In this document: piece by piece, positions 54,663 through 64,000 of the stretch | Layout of the letters: the number at the start of each line of letters is the position of its first letter | Position numbering within the stretch: position 1 is the stretch's first letter | Assembly: GCF_009834535.1 (NCBI RefSeq) | Contig: NC_045696.1 | Location: forward strand, 32,552,001 to 32,616,000 | Source: Camelus ferus | Lineage: Eukaryota | DNA: 64,000 bases | Reading direction: 5' to 3' | Program-made: the position numbers and the translations under genes | The notes under the pieces: model-generated | Seen by the model: the letters and a program-made list of their open reading frames with translations, nothing else | The model's database searches: none | Told to the model about the DNA's origin: nothing

Positions 54663-57600
54663 GGGAATTTTTATAGTCTCAACAGAAGCCTAAATGGGTT
54701 AATAGTTCTTACACATGAAAATGGAGGCTACCAGGGAGAATCCCACAATTACAGGGAAAATAGTATATGAAACCCAAGTAATACACTTATGAAACCCTAA
54801 TAAATAGAAATTAATACCAAAACTCAAAAAAGGAATGACATATCCTGTAAGGAGCTGAACTAATTGATTTCATCAGTACAAACTGTAATTGTATGTTTAG
54901 TTTCACTTTCATAGACACAAAGCAGTTAATGTACAGATTCTAGTATTAAAGTTCTCCCGTGCTCTAACATGAATTCTTTTCTGGCATACAGAATTTTTGT
55001 GAGTACAAAAATAGGTAGTTAAAAAAAAAAACTGACTCTGAAACTTAAATTAGAGTATTGAAAAATACATAACCTAACACAGTGAGTGGATATACTGTAC
55101 ATTATGACAGATGGTTGTCTTATTATCTAAGGGAAAAATACAGAATTCTGGGTTCTTCTATTACAGATAGAATCTATTGCCACAAATCTGAAAATCAATA
55201 GAACTTGTTTCAGGAGAGTACATGATTACTTGATAATTTATCTTCTACACCATCTTCCAGTGAAAGTATTACCGAGATTGTGTGAGAATCTAATCAGCTG
55301 TGGAGTGCTATTGAAAAGTAAGAGTTGCAGCTCAGAAAAGGGGAACTTGAATTAAGATTTTTAAAGAACTACCTGTTTTTTTATTTTTTAACTTTATTAT
55401 AAGAATAACTAAATATTAACAGTATGATCATTATTTTTCTTATCCTTGTTATGCAAAGCTGATGGTCAAGTATGGGCTCATATACGGAGCTGCTCAGAGG
55501 CTACTCTAGAACAGAGTTCCCATTACTGCACATAGGCTGTTGCTATCTGTACTTCTGCTTGTACCATTCTGAAGTAATGATTCTATACAGAGACCATCAT
55601 TTGACATAAAATTCTAATTTTTTGCCTTTGAATCTGCAAAGTAAGAACATTAAACTAATACATTATCCATATGAATGTACTTTCAAGATGTTAATAATTT
55701 ATGCCAGGTATTCTCATTTTATATAATTTCTTTCCTCAAAATGGCTTTCTTCGGTTGAGTTATAAAGCTTAATGAAATAGAATTATGACCTTGGACTCTT
55801 ACAGTTAAGAAAACATGACAAAATTCTCCAAATAGTTTTTTCTTTTCTGCTGATTTTTTTTTACACTACTCATTTGGGAAATGTTAACTTGGAATATGTG
55901 TATGTGTGTATGTGTTTAAACATTAAAGAAAAATAGAAAAAAATTAAAAGTAACAAATTGGTGGTTTAAAAATCAGTTAAGTTTTCTTGTTAATAATGAT
56001 TATGAATATATATTTCTATGTCCTTTACTTACGGATAAATGTCTATAGCATATTGGATTCTTACATCACACTGTGGACTAAGATAACTTTTCTCATGCTT
56101 TATTGAGAATTTAATATGTTGTCTCACTCAAGGATGTTAAGGTAATTCTTACCTCTAGTTGTTGATAGATTATATCTTTTGTTAAATGAGTTTGTGGCAT
56201 TGATGGACAAGTTGGTGACTATTTTGTGAAAGAGGTCTGTTTTCCAGGTAGTGTTGAACTCCTGTAATACAGTCATCAGCCCTCCTTAACCTAATGTCAT
56301 GAAAGGCATGGACTTGAGACAAAGTCTACTCATAGTATGTAATGAGCTCTGATATTGCACATGTCAAACATAAGGCCAACTTCCCAATCTGTCATGTAAC
56401 TAATAACAAGCTAGCTTACCAGAGCTCTAATCCAAAACTTGCTGTGAATTTTCATGTTACAAAGTTTATATGAAATATATGAATTAAAATAGCTTTTTAA
56501 AGTCTATACATACAGACACACATACACTTAAATGCGTGTACATAGTGCTCTAAAAGAGTATACATAAAATGCAATGACCAGTAAATAAAATATTTTAATC
56601 AAACAGATCTCATTGCTAGAAATGGGAAAGTTATTATTGTCTTCAGACAGAAATATAGTTTAATTCAAGATTCAAATGTCAGTAACAATATAATGTAGAA
56701 AAATGTGTGCTTTCAGTGACTATATTTCTGTTACCTATAACCATACAGTGAAAGATTAGAAATCTCTTGAATTTTAATCCAGGTTTATCTTGCAAAAATA
56801 TGTGTTCTCAGGAAGGTAATTTTTCCTGTCCATATTTTGTCCATTGAATTGAGTAGCCAGATTAGGGTCCAGATCTAAGATACCTAAAATGAAACTATGA
56901 CATTCACAATGGCTTGCTGACACTACAAGTTGATCTGATCTTGTTCCCTGCTTTACCCTTTGTAGAATCTTTCTCACTACTAATGTTGAGTCATTTTACT
57001 GTACTGGTCTTTATGACATTTCTGCTGAGTGCCCAGTCCCCACAATCCTCTGCCACATCACTGATACCAGTTGAGAACCTACTGTAGTGATTTGCATATG
57101 AATTAAGTGATAGTTCTAAAATTCAGCTTCTGCTGTTCTTCGCTGTCCATAGTCTGATGGGCTATTCCTGATTATGCTCTAATATATCCAGGAAATAATC
57201 ACTTTATCGTTCTGTGCATCCCTCCGCTTCACTTTACCTGATGTCCTCATCTGTGTAAGGCCAGACTTTGTTCGGTTAAAGTTCAAGCAAAGCCCGTCTT
57301 ACTGGTCCTTGGTTCTGGCAAGTGTTTTAGTCTTAGACATCCCCTTGCTCTTTATCCGTGTTGACTGGAATTTGGATCTTGATGATTACTGCTGTCACTC
57401 AGTGCCTGATCATAAACAAAGGATGGGCTGGCTTTAGCAACACAGTTTATCTCCTTATCTAATTAGTGCATCCTTGACTGGGGTGCTGCTAAGGCAGCAA
57501 AGTTTTGGCTTCTGGTTTTGTGCTGCTAATGAGGATTTTAGTCTGCAAATGTACTTTGCCTGTAGCAACTTGGTTTATTCTCTCCATTTTCAGTCCACTT

Positions 57601-57934
57601 ATCATCAGTCCATTACACTGTTCCAATTCTGTAAAATGATACATAGTTACAAGATTGTGTTCCTGTTGTCTCCAGGGCAGGATCATCTGCAAAAAGTATC
57701 CTCTGGCTGAATCAGGTACAGACCCACAATCTGCTCAGCTTCCTATGGCATTGCTAACCTTCACGAACTTAGTTGTTTTATCTCTTTTAGCATCATAGAA
57801 ATATTCATATGGATCTATGTTAAGCAAAAATTCCAATGTCGTAAAATGTGTAGAAAATCAACATGAAATCCTGTATTGCATGATATATTCCTTTGGCTAT
57901 GCATCTAGAATAGGTATTTCTTCTTTTTTATATT

Positions 57935-60330
57935 AGAAGCCCCATCTATGCATTGGAAAATTTCTCCTCTCACCCAATCCACGTGTTTCTGATGAAATTA
58001 TTCTTTATTGTACTTTGTGCACTCTCTAGTCGGAGGAAGGGACAAGTGGCCCTGCCCTAGCCAGTCATAGAACCTCATCCTTTTCTCCAGAAGGAAGACC
58101 TATTATCCAAGTGGGATTGGAGTCCCTCATTGAGATGAAATGGATGCTGAGAGAGTGAGCATATTTCTCTTCTATTTTTAAAATCACCTTCTGTAAGGGT
58201 ATTTAACTCTTTATTAGTTTATGGCCCTTCTGGCCCTGCCAGTGTCAGGCTGAGTATGAAATACAGATGGTGGTGAAGAAAGAGGTATGGATGTCTGGAT
58301 CCAGCCAGCTTTTAATGAGACTACTCCTGTAATTTCCACTTACACATACCAATAAGAAGGGTTTCTTAAAAAAAAAGTGTCAAAGTATAGTTGATGTACA
58401 ACATTATATATTATAGGTGTACAAAAGAATGATTCACAATTTTATAGGTTATACTCTATTTATAGTTATTATAAGATATTGGGTATATTCCCTGTGTTGT
58501 ATAATATATCCTTATTTTTATACATATTAGTTTGTACGTAATAGTTTGTACCTCTTAATCCCTACCTTCAAGTTGCCCCTTCCCCATTCTCTCCTCTACA
58601 CTGGTAACAACTAGTTTGTTCTTTGTATCTGTGAGTCTGCTTTTTGTTATATTCACTAATTTGTTGTATCTTTTAGATTCTACATATCAGTGATTTATAC
58701 AGTATTTGTCTTTGTCTGACTTATTTCAGTTAGCATAATGCCCTCCAAGTCCATCCATATTGCTGCAAATGGCAGATTTTCACTTTTTATGACTGAGTAG
58801 TATTCTAATATATGTATGTATATATATATATAAATACGTATATATCTCTCACATTTTTATCCATTCATCTATTGATGGACATTTAGATTGCCTCTGTAGC
58901 TTGGCAATTGTAAATAATTCTGCTATGAACGTTGGGTGTACATGTATCTTTTCAAATTAGTGTTTTGGGGTATTTCGGATATATATCCAGAAATGGAATT
59001 GCTGACTCATATGGTAGTTATATTTTCAATTTTTTGAGAAACCTCCATATTGTTTTCTACAGTAGCTACATCAGTTTATATTCCCACCAAAAGTGTGCAA
59101 GGGTTCCCCTTTCTCCACACCCTTGCCAACATTTGTTACTTGTGTTCTTTTTGATGATAGCCATTTTGACAGGTGTGAGGTGAAATCTCATTGTGGTTCT
59201 CGGTTGCATTTCCCTGATGATTAGTGATGTTTAGTATCTTTTCATGTGCCTGTTGGCTATCTGCATTTCTTCTTTAGAAAAATGTCTATTCATTTCTTCT
59301 GCCTGTTTTTTGGATAGGTTACTTTTTTTTTATATTGAGTTACATGAGCTGTTTATATATGTTGGATATTAACTCCTTATCAGTCATATCATTTGCAAAT
59401 ATTTTCTCCCATTCAGTAGATCGTCTGTTCATTCTGTCAGTGGTTTCTTTTGCTGTACAAAAGCTTTTAAGTTTAATCAGTTCCCATTAGTTTATTTTTG
59501 CTTTTATTTCCTTTGCTTTAGGAGACAGATTCAAAAAACATTGCCACAATTTATGTCAAAGAGTGTTCTGCCTGTGTTTTCCTCTAGCAGTTTATGGTTT
59601 CCAGTCTTACATCTAAGTCTTTAATCCATTTTGAGTTTATTTTTATCTATAGTATTAGAGAATGTTCCGGTTTTCTTCTTTTGCATGTAGCTGTCCAGTT
59701 TTCCCAGCACCACTTAATGAAGAGACTGTCTTTTCTCCACTGTATATTCTTGCCTCCTTTGTCATAGATTCACTGACCATAAGTGTGTAGGTTTATTTCT
59801 GGTCTCAGTCATTTTCCATTGATCTTTGTGTCTGTTTTTGTGCCACTGTCATGATGTTTTGACTATTGTAGCTTTGTGATATAGTCTGAAGTCAGGGAGC
59901 ATGATTCCTCCAGCTCCATTCTTCTTTCTCAAGATTGTTTTGGCTATTTGGGATCCTTTATGTTTCCATACAAATTTTAAAATTACTTTTTCTAGATCTG
60001 TGAAAAATGCCATTGGCAATTTAATGTGTTACATTGAATCTGTAGATTGCCTTGGGTAGTGTGGCCATTTTAATAGCATTCTTCCAATCTGAGAACACAG
60101 TATATTTATTTCCATCTGTTTGTGTTCTCTTCAATTTCTTTCATAAGTGTTCTATAGTTTTCTGAGTACAGGTCTTTTACTTCCAAGCTATTTTATTACT
60201 TTTAATGCAATAGTAAATGATAGTGTTTCCTTAATTTCTTTCTGATAGTTCAGGTTTTTTTTTTTTTTTTCCTTTTTGCTTAACCTAGTTTCAATTACAA
60301 TCATTTAAGCAAGAGACTTTGATTTGCCAA
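57935..60330 (+). mobile_element. Old MLT1-type MaLR LTR split by an L1 (LTR parts about 57935-58360 and 60265-60330)
   Basis: CTGGATCCAGCC..TTTCCACTTACACATACCAATAA on the left resumes as TCCTTTTTGCTTAACCTAGTTT on the right, matching the MLT1 motif GCCAATAAATTCCCTTTTTGCTTAAGCCAGTTT (from recall). Confidence 0.55.
58377..60252 (-). mobile_element. 5'-truncated, degraded L1 (ORF2 C-terminal part plus 3'UTR)
   Basis: Colinear with 8164-9843 (GCTGTCCAGTTTTCCCAGCACCA; GAATCTGTAGATTGCCTTGGG) but with many stops and indels. Confidence 0.92.
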
Positions 60331-60789
60331 AAACATACCCTTTAAAAATGATTCTTAATAGTTTGATAATCAAATGGTTTGGTAGATTTTCATGCAGGAT
60401 AAAAAGAGATAATATGGAATATTTCTTTTAACATGATACTGATAGATTATATTGATTATCTGTAATTGCATACTTGATAATATTATTATGGAAAAATGGC
60501 TGACAAGAACTCTGTAAAACATAACCTATTTATGTGTACAGGTTAGGTTTTTTCCACAGAAAATATTTAAGATGACACTTGTAGTATAGTAAGATGTTAG
60601 GTAAACTGTTGAGCAAAAGAAAGGAAGGGAGATTGCAAGTGGAAATGTATTACAGATATATTTTTAAAATAGAATGCACAAATATATGTAATGAAGATTT
60701 TTAGCAAGCTGCAAGTAACTCAACATACCATGAGCTTAGGACTAAAGGTGGCAATCAACATAACATGTAAGCAGAAGTCTATGAAGAGC

Positions 60790-60930
60790 TCTGAACATTT
60801 CTCTGAACCTTAGTTCCATTATTCATAACATGGAGATAAGAATGATACTTTTCCTGTAGGGTTTTGTAAGTCTTAATACAGTTTGTGGAAAGTGCTTAGC
60901 CAAAAAATTGCTCAGTAAATGGTTATTGCA
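60790..60930 (+). mobile_element. MIR relic
   Basis: CTCTGAACCTTAGTTCC..AACATGGAGATAAGAATGATAC..GGAAAGTGCTTAGC..GCTCAGTAAATGGTTA. Confidence 0.6.
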
Positions 60931-61368
60931 TTAATTTTTTAGAGAAAATAAATTATGTGAATTTCCTAGTGTATCCCACAGATGGTCAATTTTACTTTAA
61001 ACATAATTTATATATTGTAAAAACTAGTTATATAAGCAGTAAATTTACATCTTTTCAATAAAAAGATTTTCGTAAAGAAAATCATCTCTATTGATTTATT
61101 GTTTGCCTGACGAAATAGGCAAGACTGGCCTCTGGTGGTAGTATCTTAGAACTGCAGATGTACAGTCCCCATAGCTGAGAAATGGTTGAAAGTACTTGCC
61201 AGATTGAAACTGCATGACAGCTTCATTTGAGAATAAAAAATAATCTGGAAGCATCAAATATGAATTCTTTCCAGATAGGTTCTGTCAAAGCCCTGAATCT
61301 GAGAGATATTTTTAAAGATGAGTTTACAGCAGTCCTTCCCAAAAGCCACCTTAAAAACTGAGAAGTCG

Positions 61369-61445
61369 CATATATATACATATATACACACACACACACA
61401 CTGTGTACACACAGACACTTTATGCACACATACCCATATATATTT
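61369..61445 (+). repeat. (TA)n/(CA)n microsatellite
   Basis: Read directly from the sequence. Confidence 0.85.
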
Positions 61446-63399
61446 GTTGGTGTAACACATATTTCATCTCTTGGAAGTTCTGTCTTCTTTTGTAAAATGT
61501 TAGTAACAGTATGTTATTGCTCTTTTGTTTGTTTATTCATTTGGATTTAATGTTCTAACTTCTCAAATTGAGGAGTTGGCAGTACTATATAAATTCTCAC
61601 ATTTTCTTTAAAAGTTGTGCTTTCTCCCCAATATAAGTTTTAAAATATTTTATCTCTATTCATGTAGTAATCCTTTAGTGTTTACCAAGAGCCCCCAAGA
61701 AGGGACAACAACAAATGGAACATAATTGCTAACAACATCCTATTGTTATTTAACCAAAATAAAGACCATTGTAACAAAATTCTCCTAGATATCAAGTCTA
61801 GGAGAAGACATTTGTCTCTATCAATGAACTGTTAAGCTTCCTATATAGACAGTGAAATTTATATAATCCATCTGAATGTTATTGTTTCTCTGTTTTTTGC
61901 TGATTATAACGGGTTTTCCAGCTTACATTGTGGATTCATCATTTATAAACTAACTACAAATTTTAGTTCCTTTTAGCTGCATTTTAATGACAATGATTTT
62001 TCAAACATTTTCTATTAAAAACACATTTTAAATTTAGCATTGAAGATTAAAGCCTATTTTTATGGTTGTTTTGTTGTTTTTTAAAAAAAATAGTTTCTTA
62101 AATATTCTGCTGTAATTCTTTCAAAAACATTTCTATGTAAAATCAGACAAATAGAAGACATTTCTTAGAAAACTATATGTTCTGTTTTAAAAACAGAGGT
62201 TCCATTCAGTCTCCCAAATCAGGTCCTCTTTTCCACTGAAAAATTCTCCTCTAATATTATAGGATTTATACAAACTTTCCTTATTAATCTCTCCTCATTT
62301 TTTTTTTTCCATTTAGCTTTCATGTGCTGACAGGTAGGAAGTCAGTATTGTCAGATGTACTGATGATTAGGTAGTGTTTTAAAACAAAACTAACAGCACA
62401 AAAGAGTGTATTCCAAAAGGTCAATCAAAAGACACACCACTCATCCCCTGCAAACCTTTTACCATTGCATCAAATGGATTGTGTGCAGTATCACTTTGAG
62501 AGTAGGCCCCGGGTTTTCTTTTAAAATAGATTTTCATAGTGGTATAATAGAGATGTTTTGTAATGAGAGTTAAATGAGGTTAAAAACAGGGCAAAGGCCA
62601 TACAGTTTTTTGTAACACTCTAAATAGATCAAGACTTTAGAGTTGTTTTGTTTAAGAGCCCTTCTAGAAGGTAAATTTATATGCAGTTCAAGCACTTGAA
62701 ACCATAATTTATTCGTCAGCATCGCTTTGTCTAGCTATTCTTCATGAAATAGCATCATGATACTTTGCAATGGAATGTGATTGTGCAACCCGATATTACT
62801 TATGTGTGCTGATAAAAGAGGAAACGATGATTGTATTCTTATTCTTTTGCATACTATGAATTTAAATTTCAATTAAGTTAGATTAGATATTCTGTTCTAT
62901 GCCATCTTTATTTAACACTAGTGGTGATTAGTTTCTAATTTCAATTGCTATTGATACCAACTTTATACCCTCCCATCTGTGAATATAAAGTCAAGGCATT
63001 CACACATTTCCATTATATTTATTTGTGTTTGAAATTTACATTTTAAAATATCTTAAAATTTAACTAAGTGTGAAATGTTTCAAATTAAGAGCCACAGTTT
63101 TCTAAACATTAAAACACAATGTCAGATATTAAAGTTCAGAGCTGGTAAATTTTTTAAGCTAATTTCAAGTTGTGTCTTATTTTCTTAAATGAATAAATGA
63201 ATGAATGAATACACAAATAAATGATTTTCAAGTACCTTAAATCCTGCACTAATATTTAAAACAACTAATTTGCAAGATACTTACATTAAAGTTAGATTGA
63301 TTTGAGCAAGTAAGTTTGAATCATTAGCTTAATGCATAGTGTTTGAAACCTAATTCTTTTAAAATATAAAACTTCTCTGTAAACCTTCATCCTTATTTT

Positions 63400-63660
63400 T
63401 TTCCCCCTGTATATTCTTTGCAACCTACTGAATACCAGGCATCCACTGACTGTAGGATTCTTCCCTTATTCTCTGCCTTACCCCGCATCTGTTTGATTCC
63501 ACTGTCACTGCCCTAGTTTAGAGCCTGACAGTAAACTCCTAGATGGCATGTCTGACTAGCAAATTCACCTTCCACAAAGCTGCTAGACCAACTTGTCTAA
63601 AATGTAAATTCAATCAGTGTACTCTATGGCTCCCCATTGCTTAATGATAGAGTCATGTTT
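63400..63660 (+). mobile_element. L2 relic
   Basis: CCACTGTCACTGCCCTAGTTTAG..CCTTCCACAAAGCTGCTAGA..TAAAATGTAAAT..ATGGCTCCCCATTGC. Confidence 0.6.
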
Positions 63661-64000
63661 TTGAAAATAGAGTGAGATAGCTATTGATTTATTCCATGTA
63701 ACTATACTTACTTTGAGTTTGAGAACATAATGGCAAAATTAAGTCTCAGAGTTACTGAAGCAGTGCCATAAGCCAAAGGATGCAGAAAGTGAAAATGGAA
63801 ATGGCTGTTGATATTAATTACATTTTGACTACCTCCAAGAAACCAGCAGAGACTAAATCTCATCATAATTGACAGCATAAGACTAGAAATCTGCGTATTA
63901 GAAAAATTGTTCAAAAATCCACAGTTGTCACCCTTTTTGGGTAAGGCAGCAGACTGATTGCTGGTAGTCAGGAGATTGGGTGCTAAAATGACTCTCCTTC

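Overview
AT-rich mammalian genomic DNA, most likely a camelid (alpaca, llama or camel), because it has two tRNA-Ala-derived Vic-1-type SINEs and I saw no Alu, BovB or PRE-1. It reads as the interior of a very long intron. The host gene is probably on the + strand, since the largest L1s and the retrocopy lie antisense and the best splice signal is on +. The only real protein-coding sequence is an intronless, full-length (250 aa), uninterrupted SBDS retrocopy on the - strand (50451-51203). It keeps a CpG-rich 5'UTR, has several radical substitutions, and has no recognisable poly(A) tail or target-site duplication (TSD). The most striking non-coding signal is a textbook recursive-splice site (polypyrimidine-TAG|GTAAGC) followed by a 43-nt RS-exon at 6762-6804. 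The rest is 5'-truncated L1s (one young with a 13-bp TSD), MaLR LTRs, hAT-Charlie MITEs, MIR/L2 relics and microsatellites. There are also a few unexplained structures: a 17-bp perfect hairpin, a miR-34/449-like stem, a possible L1 3' transduction and a 16-bp direct repeat. Repeat family names and comparisons with human sequences come from recall, not from a search.
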